From NCBI RefSeq assembly GCF_000143415.4, contig NW_003314385.1, positions 380,407 to 444,406 of the forward strand: 64,000 nt of DNA, given 5' to 3'. This document shows, piece after piece, positions 10,886 to 23,936 of this stretch; the stretch's first letter is position 1; every line of letters begins with the position of its first letter. Source of the DNA: Selaginella moellendorffii. Lineage: Eukaryota > Plantae > Lycopodiophyta. Below the pieces are notes generated by a model. The model saw only the letters and a program-made list of their open reading frames with translations. It did not search any database and had not been told where the DNA came from. Position numbers and translations under genes: made by a program.

Positions 10886-13800
10886 ATGGTGAAGAGGAAC
10901 CGTGCTGATGACGCTGAAACCTCTAGACGGGCGAATCGAGAGGAGGAAACTCCTGCTAGAGATGCTACGGAAGGGGCTGAGGCCGAGTCAGAAGAGCATG
11001 AGCCAAATGCTGCAGCACTGCAGCGCACGGCTCATGAAGTCGAGATCGAGAATTTGCGAAAGGAGATTCGCAAATTGAAGAAGGAGAACAAGAAGAGGAA
11101 GAAAGAAGCTGAGGCAGCTAAACCAGCTAAGCCTAAGCAACCGGACTCCTCTTCAAGTTCTGAGGACGATGAAGTTATGCAGCCGCCCCCGGTTGCACGA
11201 GTTTCAAAGTTCAAGCCTCCGAAACCACCCAATTTCAGAGGCATGCGGGACTATCAGGTTTTGGAAGACTGGGTCTACGATATGGAGAACTACTTCATAG
11301 CGGCAGACGTGGATGATCGTACGAAAGTTGCGTGCGCGCAATCCTTTCTCACCGATCATGCCAAAACTTGGTGGCGCCAGGTGTGTGCTGAAAAAGGGCA
11401 GACTAGAAGTTGGACCAAGATGCGGTCTCGTATCCGTAAGGAATACTTGCCGGATGATCTTGGTCTGAGACTTCGCGCAGAGCTGCGGCGGTTAAAGCAG
11501 CGAGGGGACCTTATGCATTACGTTAATGCGTTTGCTCAGAAGCGCATTATGATTGCAAATATGAGTGACGAAGATGCTCGGAGTTATTTCCTGGAGGGTT
11601 TAAGTTCACTTTCTCGAAATGAGATTTTGAAGTTTAAGCCGAAGACGTACCTGGAGTGTAAAGAGGCAGCACAGCAAGTTGCCTTTAGTCACTCGCTCAT
11701 AGAACAATATCAGCAATCGTATGCTGGTAATTCGGACAAGAATAAAAATTCTGGGAATAAGCAAGGTGATCGGAAACAAAGGGTGGAAAGTAGGTACCGC
11801 CCTGGGGGCTCACAAGCTACAGTGAATAAAGGTGGTGGTGGTTGGAGACCACCAGCAGCTTCTTCTGGTCCTAGGCCCTTTGTTCCTCCTCCTGGTGGGT
11901 ACAAGCAGCAGCAACCTACAAAACCTGCTCCTAGCGGAACGGGTAGTGTGGGTCATTGCTTCCATTGTGGAGAGTCGGGACATAAGTCCTCGGAATGTCC
12001 CAACAAGCATAAGACAAGGTCTCGGGTTAATGTCATGCGGGAAGACGGTGGTGGTGAAGCCGAAGAGGTTGACGAGTTGGTCAATGCAGACTATGAGGAA
12101 GAGGAGGTGAGTAACTTTCGTTGCTTTCCTCAAGCTTTTCTTGCAGTCAATGCAAACACTGATCCGTTGATGTATCTGGTAGGCTTTGTCCGTGGACACC
12201 GAATCCGAGTGATGATTGACACGGGAGCTACGCACAGTGTGATATCCGAAGACTTAGTTAAGTTGTTAGGATTGAATGCTGAGCAAATGTCGCCTATGCA
12301 CTTCCGGTTTGCGGAAGGTGGGCAAGTAGCCAGAAAGTTTGTGAGTAATGTTCCAATAAAGATATCCAAGTGGAAAGAAAGAGTGGACTTGGTAGTGTTG
12401 AAGATACCAGATTTTCAGATGGTGTTTGGTATGGATTTCTTCAACAAGTATATAAAAGGGATTTATGGTGCTGGACAAAGTCGTATCACATTGAAGTCAG
12501 AAGGACATCCTGATGTATCCTTTCAGTTGCAAAAGCGTTCCTCAAAGGATTGGGATGCAAAGTTCCTGACTGTGAGGGCCGCTCAAAAAGCAGCTAAAAG
12601 GGGATGTCAGACCTTTTGGGTTCAAGTGATGGAAGCTGAGGGTGTGGGTGACTCAGTACAAATCGGCGACGGGGTTGATCCTGTACCGAAACGGATATTG
12701 GAGTTGTTGGCGAGGAATCAGGATATCTTTCCGAAGGATTTGCCGCCAGGGCTACCTCCTAGCCGTGAGGTTGATCATCGGATTGAGATTATTCCGGGTT
12801 CTAAACCACCTACGAAAGCTCCATATCGGTTGAACATCAAGGAGATGGCTGAACTCAAGAAGCAACTCACGGAGCTTCTTGAAAAAGGTCATATCCGACC
12901 AAGCAAGTCACCTTATGGAGCGCCAATCCTTTTTGTTATGAAAAAGGATGGAACCATGAGGATGTGTATTGACTATCGGGCACTCAACAAGATCACGGTT
13001 AAAAACAGTTATCCTTTGCCTCGCATTGATGACTTGTTTGACCAACTCTTAAAGGCTAAGTATTTTACGCGACTTGATTTGCGGTCCGGGTATCATCAGA
13101 TACGGGTGGCAGATCAGGATGTGGAGAAGACAGCCTTTAAGACTCGGTACGGATCTTATGAGTTCCTTGTCATGCCATTTGGATTATGCAATGCTCCGGC
13201 AACGTTCAGCACTATGATGGATAGAATATTCAGAGATTACTTGGATGCATTTGTTGTCCTGTATATTGACGATGTTCTAGTCTTTAGTGAAACGTTGGAG
13301 GATCATTTGAAACACTTGGAGCTGGTGTTTTAGAAGTTGCGCGAACACAAACTGTATGCTAAGGAAAGTAAATGCGCTTTTGGACAATTGCGCGTAAACT
13401 TTCTCGGACATATAGTTGGTGGTGGCGTGATTGAGGTCAATCCAAAGAAGGTGGAAGCAGTGAAGTCCTGGGAAGTCCCGACCACTGTATCAGATGTTCG
13501 TTCCTTTCTCGGTTTGGCGGGATACTATCGCAAGTTTGTCCGCAATTTTGCAAGAATTGCTCTTCCATTGACTGAGTTGACGAAGAGTAGTATTCCGTTT
13601 CATTGGACACCAGCTTGCCAGCGTGCTTTCGCACGGTTGAAGGAGATCTTGACTACGGTTCCTGTTCTAAGGATCCCAGATCTTGATAAACCCTTCGAAG
13701 TGCATTGTGATGCATCTGGCTATGCTATTGGTGCCGTGTTGCAGCAAGATTGTGACAAAGCGGTTGGTGTTACGCTGAGGCGACATGGTTGTCCCGTTGC

Positions 13801-15601
13801 GTTCTATTCCAAGAAATTGGATGCGACCCAACGAAGATGGCCAACGCATGAGAAAGAGATGTTTGCTATAGTGTCAGCCCTGGAACACTGGAGACACTAC
13901 TTGGGTGGACATACCAAGGTTTATACGGATAGTAACACACTAAGCTACTTTGCTACGCAGCCTAAGCTTACGCCGAAGCAGGCTCGTTGGCAAGAGAAGC
14001 TTGCTAGATATGATATTGAGATCATATATGAACCTGGTAAAGACAATATTGTTCCGGATGCGTTGAGTCGTCAAGCTCAATTCCGGGCAATATCGGCCAT
14101 CAGTTCGGACTGGTTGGAGGACGTTCGGGCTTCGTATGGAAGAGATCCATTGGCGAAGACAATCTTACGCCGTGCGGAGTTGTCGAAGCAGAGCCCTGGT
14201 AGCGAAGCAGCAAAAGTTGCTAGTCGCACTAATGCAAAACTTCACTTCTTAGTTCGGGATGGGCTTATATTCTATAAGCAAGAAAGATTGTATCTTCCCT
14301 CTAAGGATCTTCAGCAGTTATTTCTGCGGGAACATCACGATGTTCCAGCAGCGGGACATGGTGGACAGCGAAAGACTCTGGCTTCATTGAAAAAGGGATT
14401 TTTCTGGTCTGGTATGGAAGATGATGTAGCGGACTATGTCCGTTCCTGTCCTGTATGCCAGCAATGTAAGCGCAGAACTGAGAAGCAGGCTGGAAAGTTG
14501 CAGTGCATTCCAGCACCGGCATGGCCATTTCAAAGTGTGACACTTGATTTCGTCACTTGCTTGCCGAAGTCTAAGGGTTATGATACTTTGATGGTGGTTG
14601 TGGATCGGTTGTCAAAGATTGCACACTTCATTCCAACTGTGGGAACAGTAAATGCGAAACAAGCAGCAAAGCTCTTTTTCCATGAAGTAGTGCGAGTTCG
14701 TGGTCTTCCTGAAGAAATGATCTCAGATAGAGATTCGAGGTTTACGGGGAAGTTTTGGGGGACCCTATTCCAGTTGTTTGGTACCAAGTTGAAGTTTAGT
14801 ACAGCTTACCATCCTCAAACCGATGGGCAGACCGAACGCGTGAATGCTCAAGTTGAGGATTATCTGCGGTACTATGTCGCGGCGGACCAACGCGACTGGG
14901 TTGAGCATTTGGATACGGCAGAAATATGTTATAACAACACATTTCATAGCGCTATAGGCTGTTCTCCATGGGAGATATTGCAAGGGAATGCTCGTGGGGT
15001 TCCTCAACAGATCGTTGTCCCGAAACCAATGACCGAAGTGTTGGTCCCAGCCGTGGAAACTTATGCGGAGCAGCTACGCCAAGGTTGGTCTAAAGCTACC
15101 GAGGCGATGGGCAAAGCTCAGGATAGGTATCGACGTGATAAGGATCAGCATCGTCGGGATGTATCCTATCTAGTGGGAGATCAGGTGTGGCTATCTTCCC
15201 GGAACTTGAACATCAAAGGTTCTTTGTCTCGGAAGCTCTTCCCGAGATATGTTGGACCCTATCGGGTGTTGGCACAAGTTGGTGATGTATCCTATAAGTT
15301 GGATCTTCCGGATGAGTTGTCCCATGTACATGATGTGTTTCATGTCAGTTTATTGGCACCATATCGTGTTAATGCGGATCGCTCTATGGACATTCGTCCC
15401 CCTCCGGAAGTTGTGGATGGTGATATGGAGTATGAGGTCGAGGCGATTCTCTTGTCCCGCAAAGCTCGTGGTAGTCGTTCCAAGGAATATTTAGTTAAGT
15501 GGAAAGGTTACCCGACTTGTGAATCAACTTGGGAACCTCTTAGTAATCTTACCCATGCTCGTGAGCTTGTCACGGAGTATAAGAATAGTAATAAAGACTA
15601 G
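10886..15601 (+). pseudogene. Gag-Pol polyprotein with C-terminal chromodomain and a single in-frame TAG at 13331-13333
   Basis: Zinc knuckle [14 protein letters not shown], protease IDTGAT, RT YIDD, RNase H CDASG, integrase HHCC + DDE + GPY, chromodomain YEVEAIL...YLVKWKGY...TWEP. ORFs 10685-13333 and 13337-15601 are in the same frame. The start ATG is inferred. Confidence 0.92.
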
Positions 15602-16207
15602 CTTTTGTAATAAATCTTGCAAATTAATAAAGTAAAATATTTCTATCACTCAAGTGTCGTTTCTCTCGATCAATTGTACTTGGGTCAGTTTTGGCAGGCT
15701 GACTTCGGCACTTCGGTGCATGGGTCCAATCCATAACCATGGGGATACCTATTATAGACTGATCACAGGTCCCCGCCTCTCTCTCGATGACTCCTTTTCA
15801 AAAAAAAAAAAAGGGGCGTGGTCGTGTAAACAACTTAATCTGCCAGTTTATAATAGTTGTCTAAATCTTCCCGACGGGGTTGATTTCTTGCTCAGGGGCA
15901 GTTGGGCCTCTGGCCTTCTCCCTATATCCCTGCGGGCAGGGATGTATCATTCCTTTGTAAGCTGAGTGGTACTCAGAGCAGCAAGGGTGGCTAACTCCGT
16001 TGGTCATTTCCTTGTCGGCGACGGCCGGAGGGTGTCTGAGTCTTAACGTCTTTGGACGTAGAGGAGAGGTCGTTCCATAACTCATTTAAGTCGGTGTGTT
16101 TCCCACATAGTGTGCTTTCCGTTAACTTTCGGAGTTGTTTCCTTGACGGTTTGCTAGACTCGGGTATGCATCGACGAGGACGTCGATCTTCTCCAAGGGG
16201 GGGAGAG

Positions 16208-17124
16208 TGTCGCGAATGTGACTTTGGGTATCGAAAGATACTTGTCGGCTAGTCCTTACGGACACTCTTTCCTTACTGCCATGACGGCAGGAGGTCGGTA
16301 CAGTTGGTTCCCTTTATCGTTCCCACTTGAGCTAGTTGAGAAACTAGTCAATGACCGTGCACTTAAATTGGATAAACATAAGGTAGGAACCCTATGTGTT
16401 TCTTGCTGAGCATACTCGGCCTGGTTTGAGAAACTCGTATCATTGGCTTGCACTTGCTAGTATCAAGAACCCCCGTGATATTGAGACTAGTCCCTCAATA
16501 TTCACTAGATGATAGCTTACCGTGTTTGCCAAACACCCTCGCTATCACGCCTTTTGTGTTGGTCTCATTTTGGTCCCAAATGCTATTTATGGAAAGTGTC
16601 TAGATTAGATCATTTGGCATATCTACGGAATGTAGAGATCGGCCTGAACACAATGGTGTTTGTCCCGTGTCCAAATTCACAATCTAAGGACATTCCATAC
16701 TTAGTAAGTTTCGGACTTGTCCTAGAGACTAACTCCTGGTACTAAGGGAGGCTTGGGGTGAAAGCCCAAAGTGTATGTCCCTCAAGGGGGGGGGGCTATG
16801 GGGGGTTCCAAATGTATAGTAGGGATAGTGGTTGGAATGCATGTCCGACCACCTGAGACATTAGTTTGGCTCCCGCTGGGCTGTGTCGCTCCTTGTTCTG
16901 CGTCCGGCTTGAGTCTAAGCCCAAGCTCCACGCTGCTCTAGTCGGTGGAGTACCCTCCTTCTCGCGTTAGGCCACCGGTATGCCAAAATTGTGCCAGACT
17001 CCGTCTGACACCATTTTGCGTGCAGGTGCTGGATACGGGGAGCTGGTGCTCGTGGGATTGTACCGGACCCTCGTTTCGTAGCGCAACGGGCTTGGAGTTC
17101 GGCTCCAAATTCAGGTGCGCTACA
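16208..17124 (+). repeat. 3' LTR of young chromovirus
   Basis: Direct repeat of 9778-10694, preceded by the PPT. Confidence 0.95.
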
Positions 17125-20100
17125 ACAGACACTGAATTCGAGTGATGATTGATATAGAAGCTACGCACAGTGTGATATCTAAAGACTTAGTTAAATTGTT
17201 AGGATTGAAAGCTGAGTAGATGTCGCCCATACACTTTTGGTTTGTGGAAGGTGGGCAAGTAGCTAGAAAATTTGTGAGTGATGTTCCAATGAAAATATTT
17301 AAATGGAAAGAAAGAGTAGACTTGGTAGTGTTAAAGATACCAAATTTTCAAATGGTGTTTAGTATGGATTTCTTCAACAAATATACTAAAAGGATTTATA
17401 GTGTTGGACAAAATCACATTATATTAGGTCAGAAGGACATCCTAATGTGTCCTTCCAATTGCAAAAGCACTCTCCAAACGATTGAGATGCTAAGTTTTTG
17501 ATTATGAGAGTTGCTCAAAAAGCAGCTAAGAAGGGATGTTGGACCTTTTGGGTTCAAGTGATGGAAGTTAAGGGTGATGGTGATTTAGTTCGAATTAGTG
17601 ACAAGGTTGATCTTGTACCAAAGGAGATATTAAAGTTGTTGGTGTGGAATCAAAAGATCTTTCTGAAGGATTTACCACCAAAGCTACCTCTTAATTGTGA
17701 GGTTGATCATTAAATTGAGATTATTCCAAGTTCTATACCACATACAAAAGTTTTATGTCATTTGAACATCAAGGAGATAGCTAAACTCAAGAAGGAACTC
17801 ATATAGCTTCTTGACAAAAATCATATCTAACCAATTAAGTCACCTTATGGAGTGTTGATCTTTTTTGTTATAAAAAAGAATGGTACTATGAGAATGTGTA
17901 TTGATTATCAGGCATTTAATAAAATCATGATCAAAAAGAATTATCCTTTGCCTCATATTAATGACTTGTTTGTCCAACTTATAAAGGCTAAGTATTTTAC
18001 ACAACTTGATTTACGATTCGGGTATCATCAGATATGGGTGGCAAATTAGGATGTGGAAAAGACACCCTTTAAGACTTGGTATGGGTCCTATGAGTTCCTT
18101 GTTATGCCATTTGGGTTATGCAATGCTCCGACAATATTGAGCACTATGATGGATAAAATATTTTATTTAGACACATTTATTGTCTTATATATCAACAATG
18201 TTCTAGTCTTTAGTGAAATATTGGAGGATCATTTGAAACACTTGGGAGCTGGTGTTTCAAAAGTTGCATGAACACAAACTATATGCTAAAGAAAGTAAAT
18301 ATGCTTTTGGGCAATTGTGCATGAACTTTCCTGGACATATAATTGGTGGTGTGATTGAGGTGGATCCAAATAAGGTGGAAGCGATGAAGTCTTAGAAAGT
18401 GCCAACCACTGTATTAGATATCCATTTTTTTCTCGGTTTGGTAGGATACTATTGTAAGTTTGTTTGCAATTTTGCAAGAATTTTTCTTTTGTTCACTAAG
18501 TTAACAAAGAGTAGTATACTGTTTCATTGGATATGAATTTGTCAATATGCTTTTATATGGTTGAAGAAGATTTGGACTACGGTTCCTGTCACGATTTTAG
18601 ATCTTGATAAACCCTTTAAAGTGCATTATGATACATTTGGCTATGCTATTGGTGCCATGTGGCAACAAGATTATGACAAAGCAATTAGTGTTATGCTAAG
18701 GTGACATAGTTGTCCTATTGCGCTTTTATTCCAAGAAATTGGATGAAACCCAAGAAAGATGGCCAATGCACGAGAAAGAGATGTTTGTTATAGTGTCAGC
18801 ATTGGAACATTGGAAACATTATTTGGGTGGACATACCAAAGTTTATACAAATAATAACACATTAAGCTACTTTGCTATGCAGCCAAAGTTTACATTGAAG
18901 TAGGTTCATTGGTTAGAGAAGCTCACTACATTTGATATTGAAATCATCTATAAACCTGGTAAAGACAATATTGTTCTAGATGCATTGAGTCGTCAAGCTT
19001 AGTTTTGGGCAATGTCGGCAATCAATTTAGACTAGTTGGAGGACATATGGGCTTCATATGGAAATGATCCGTTGGTGAAGGTAATGTTGCACTGTGCGGA
19101 GTTGTCGAAGCAAAACCCTAGTAGCAAAGTAGCAAAAGTTGCTCGTCGTACTAATGCGAAACTTCACATTTCTATTCAAGATGGGCTTATTTTTTATAAG
19201 CAAGAAAGATTGTATCTTCCCTCTAAGGATTTGTAGCAATTGTTTTTTCGGGAACATCATGATATTCTAGCAGCGGGATATGGTGGAAAACAAAAGACTC
19301 TTGCTTCATTGAAAAAAGGATTTTTCTAGTTTGGTATGGAAGATGATGTAGCGGATTATGTCTGTTCTTGCCCTATATGCCAGTAATGTAAGTGCAAAAC
19401 TGAGAAGCAGGTTGGGAAGTTGCAATGCATTCCAGCACTAGCATGGCTATTTTAGAGTGTGATACTTGACTTTATCACTTGCTTGTCGATATCTAAAGGT
19501 TATGATACTTTGGTGGTGATTGGTTGTTGAAGATTGCACACTTCATTCCAACTGTGGAAATAGTGAATGTGAAGCAAGTAGTAAAGCTCTTTTTCCATGA
19601 AGTAGTGCAGGTTCATGGTCTTCCTGAAAAGATGATCTTAGATAGAGATTTGAGATTTACAAGGAAGTTTTAGGGCACATTGTTCCAATTATTCGGTACT
19701 AAGTTGAAGTTTAGTATAGCTTATCATCCTCAAACCAATGGGTAGACCGAATGTGTGAATGCTCAAATTGGGGATTATCTGTGGTACTATGTCATAGCAG
19801 ATCAACACAACTAGGTTGAGCATTTAGACACAACAGAAATCTGTTATAATAACATATTTCATAACACTATTGACTATTCTCCATGGGAGATGTTGCAAGG
19901 GAATATTTATTAATAGAATGTTGTAATGAAACCAATGTTTGAATTGTTAGTCTAACTATTAAAACTTATGTAGAGCAGCTACACCAAGGTTGGTCTAGAG
20001 CTACTAAGGCAATGGGCAAAGCTGAAGATAGGTATCAATGTGATAAGGATTAACATCGTCAGAATGTATCCTATCAAATGGGAGATTAGGTGTGGCTATC

Positions 20101-23100
20101 TTTCCAAAACTTGAATATTAAGGGATCTTTGTCTCAGAAGCTGTTACCAAGATATGTTGGACCCTATGGGGTGTTGAAACAAATTGGTGATATATCCTAT
20201 TAGTTGGATATTCCACAAGAGATATCTAGACTTCTTCATGTCAGTTTACTGGCCCCATATCATGAGGATCTTGGCCGCTCTAAGGATGTTCATCCAGCTC
20301 CGAATATTATTAATGGTGAACTTGAGTATAAGGTTGAGGCTATTATTTTGTCTTATAAGGCACGTGGTGGTTGAACTAAAGAATATTTAATTAAGTGGAA
20401 AGCTTACCTAGTTCATGAGCTTGTCACGGAATATGAGAATCATAATAAAGACTAGCTTTTGTAAATCTTATAATAAATCTTGTAAATCAATAAAGTAATA
20501 TAATTTTATAACTCAAAGTTTTGTTTCTCTCATTTGTTAGTACTTGGGTTTGTCTTGGCAGGCTGACTTTGGCACTTCAATGCATGAGTTCAATCGATAA
20601 CCATGGGGATAATTATTATAGACTAATTACAAGTCCCCACCTCTTTCTTGTTGACTCATTTTTGAAAAAGGGTGTAGTCATGTAAAAACTTCATCTACCA
20701 GTTTATAATAGTTGTCTAAATCTTCTCGACATGGTTGATTTCTTGCTCAGGGGAAGTTGGGCCTCTGGCCCTCTCCCTATATCCCTACGGGTAGGGATGT
20801 ACCATTCCTTTATAAGCCAAGTGGTACTCGAAGGGTGGCTAACTCTATTAATCATTTTCTTATTAGTGACAGCCGAAAAATATCTAAGTCTTAATGTTTT
20901 TGGATATAGAGGAGATATTGTTCCATAACTCATTTAAATTGGTGTGTTTTTTTTACATAGTGTGGTTTCCTTTAACTTTCTGAATTGTTTCCTTGACGGT
21001 TTGCTAGACTCAGATATGCATCGATAAAGATGTCAATCTTCCCTAATGGGGGGAAAGTGTCACAAATGTGATTTCGGGTATCGAAAGATGCTTGTCAGCT
21101 AATCCTTACAAACACTCTCTCCTTACTGCCACAATTGTAGGAGGTTAGTACTGCTAGTTCCCTTTATGGTCTTTGCCCAAGTTAGTTGAGAAATTGGTCA
21201 GCACATGCGCACTTAGACTAGAAGGGCATTAAGGAAAGAAATCCTAAGTTGTCATTAAGTCAAGTATATTTGACATAGTGATGAGAAACTTATGTTATTG
21301 GTTTGCACTTGTTAGCATTGGGAACCCCCACGATATTAAAATTGGTCTCTCAATATTCTCTAAATGATAGCTTACTGTGTTTGCTAAACACCTATAAATG
21401 ACTAAATTTTCCATTCTACTTTAGTCACTTAACCACACTTTCGACCACTTGGAGAAGTCTCACTCACAACCTCCATAAGTCTGATTCTAGACTTGGGGCT
21501 TGCCAACCCCGAAAATAGCATCTATGCCACTCAACCTTTGCACTTCGTCCAAATGCTCCACGTGTCCGATCCATGACCGACACCCAAAAGTACTACCGAC
21601 ATATCAGCCCATTACATTAACGCCATGCCCTTTTACCTTTGCCACTCTAGTGGTCTACACCACTTGCATCACAATCCCATCTCTCAAAGACTGGGCCATC
21701 CATCCATGAGTGGTTATCCCAGATCCACTCATTAGCATGCTTAGGATGCTTACAGACATGGGGAATAGCCTTCCTTAATATCTTTTTTTTAGTCCCCACC
21801 AAGTCCCTCTTTATCCATGGCTATGTTCACCAATACTGCCACTGGGTCAAGGCTCACAGGCTCGACCACTAAGTCCTACTATCCTCTAGGACTTCTTCAC
21901 CGTATGTCTATATCCTTCGTCACCATACCAGAGGACTATTCCTTTTCCTTTCCACAGTCTGGGACTTTGAGACAATATTTTGAAACACCATGGCCCTTTG
22001 CAAGCCTTATGGGTACTCTCCCCACCTTCTCCCTTTGGGTGCTTTAGCCATGGGCTTAGAGCGAAGTTTCGTTAAGCCACACTAGGTATCCAAGTAGGTA
22101 GTGCCACCCACACTTGAACTGGGAGCATTGACCATTTGATCTCCCGGGGAAACTAAAGCCGACTCTTGAACACTTCACCAAGCTACCCTGCTTGTTAGTT
22201 TGTATTCACTCTAACCTTGAATTCCTCAGTGGATATATCATCACCCAACACATGGGTATAACCTTGTTATGTCACACTAGCCTTTCTTGGGAGCTTCCAC
22301 TTTCGCCAAATCGAAACAATTGGGAATCTATCATTGGAAACATATTGCCTTTCTCATAATCTATTAACATCTAACACTTTAGTGTTCTTTGCCTAACTTT
22401 ACTATTTAGACTCCTTCCCATGATTCCTATGATTGTTTTTTTACCCACTAGTCTTTTGTTCTTATCTTTTGATTGTTACACCTAGCAATATAGGATCATT
22501 ACTTCCATCCTCAAGGTATCATTTCGGTTCCATAGTAAAGACTTTGCTTGACCAAGTCCAAAGGGTGTTCACCCTTAGTAGGTCTTTTTAGCATTTTCTG
22601 CTGTGAGCTTTATCTACAACCCAACTTTGTGACCTTCCCATGGATCTTTCCTAAAGATTGCGTGCTTTATAAACCATTTACACTTGGCTTTTTAGATATT
22701 AATCTATTTAAAATTGTCTTTGGGAACCTTCAAGGGACTTTATCACTTAACTTGCTAAGGCTTTTCTTTTCACAAGTTTTTTAATTGCTTTATGATTTAA
22801 CATGGATAATTCCATACTTTAGACTCTCTATGGCATCACGATTGCTACAACACTTTCGAGCATCCATTTAATTCTTCACTCCCAATTTGCATAACCACCC
22901 TTGATTATGGCCTTCCATTCCTATAATTTGATTTTATCCCTTTACTATTTATTTTTTGGCCTTATGTCTTCCCTTTAATTATTCTCCTCCCATCTAAGAG
23001 GGTAATTTTGCACTTTCTACCATGTTTTAACAAGTATTCTTAAGGATGAACCTACTTAATAACTTAGAGAGTGGATCTTCAATTGGGATATGATCACCGT

Positions 23101-23754
23101 GTAATCCCACATATTGGGATTAACGTCGTTATGCATGTGCCTCTTTATGTCCATTGTTAGCCATGCCAAAATCTTTTTTGGCTTGGTCCAATTTGGACAG
23201 ATAGGCTTCTCCCGTCTTTGTAACTTTGAATGTTAGATAACACCTTTTATCCATTATTTTCTAGGGACATAGTCCCTTGGGCCTTATCTAATGCCCTCAT
23301 GATACTAAACACTAATTTTTGGTGTTTTAAGAGTGTTTAGATGTCCCAATGATGGCTTTATTTAACAATGAGCATTTCCCTTTTCAACATTAACTTACTA
23401 ATATGCAACATAAATAATTTATCCACCTGAGGAATATATCTAACTTCTTTATTCAAACAAAAAGTCTTGGGTAGTTAACTTTTACCAATCCAATCAATTG
23501 TGCTACGCCTTTTGCTTAATTGCCTCATGTGAGATATAAAATCCCCAGGCCCCAAAGTGGAGCCAGAAGGGTGCCACATGGTAGTGGCTGAAGCGAAAGC
23601 CAAACAAGCGTAACATGTTTGGACCAAAAGCTCCGACTTGAAAGGTCGAAAGTGGGAGTGGAACTCCTAAAGAAGTGCTCGAGGAATGAGCACGAAGCGA
23701 GCAATAAACGAGGCTCCAAAAAAGGGACCCAAAAGGACCAGCACATGACACGTG

Positions 23755-23936
23755 GAGGAGTCCGAGATAGACCCGAGATGCAGTCTAAGATGGAGTCCGA
23801 GATGGACCCGAGATGGAGTTGGAGATGGAGTCCGAGGTGGAGTCCGAGGTGGAGTCTGAGATGGACCCAAGATGGAGTCCGAGATGGAACCGAGACCGAG
23901 ACCGAGTTTGAGTCCGAAACCAGGACCGAGTCCGAA
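23755..23936 (+). repeat. 11-12-bp tandem repeat (GGAGTCCGAGAT / GGACCCGAGAT) inside the B1 5' LTR
   Basis: Visible tandem array, followed by a poly-G run at ~23982-24002. Confidence 0.85.

Larger units (their letters stand above)
9778..17124 (+). mobile_element. Young full-length Ty3/gypsy chromovirus LTR retrotransposon (family A)
   Basis: TG...CA LTRs of 917 bp with about 5 transition differences seen by eye. PBS TGGTATCAGAG (tRNA-iMet) at 10697. PPT AAGGGGGGGAGAG at 16195-16207. Domain order gag-PR-RT-RH-INT-chromodomain. Confidence 0.97.

Noticed and set aside
13331-13333. Programmed gag-pol stop-codon readthrough
   Set aside because: The TAG lies inside RT after YIDD, not at the gag/pol boundary, and the old copy has CAA (Gln) there.
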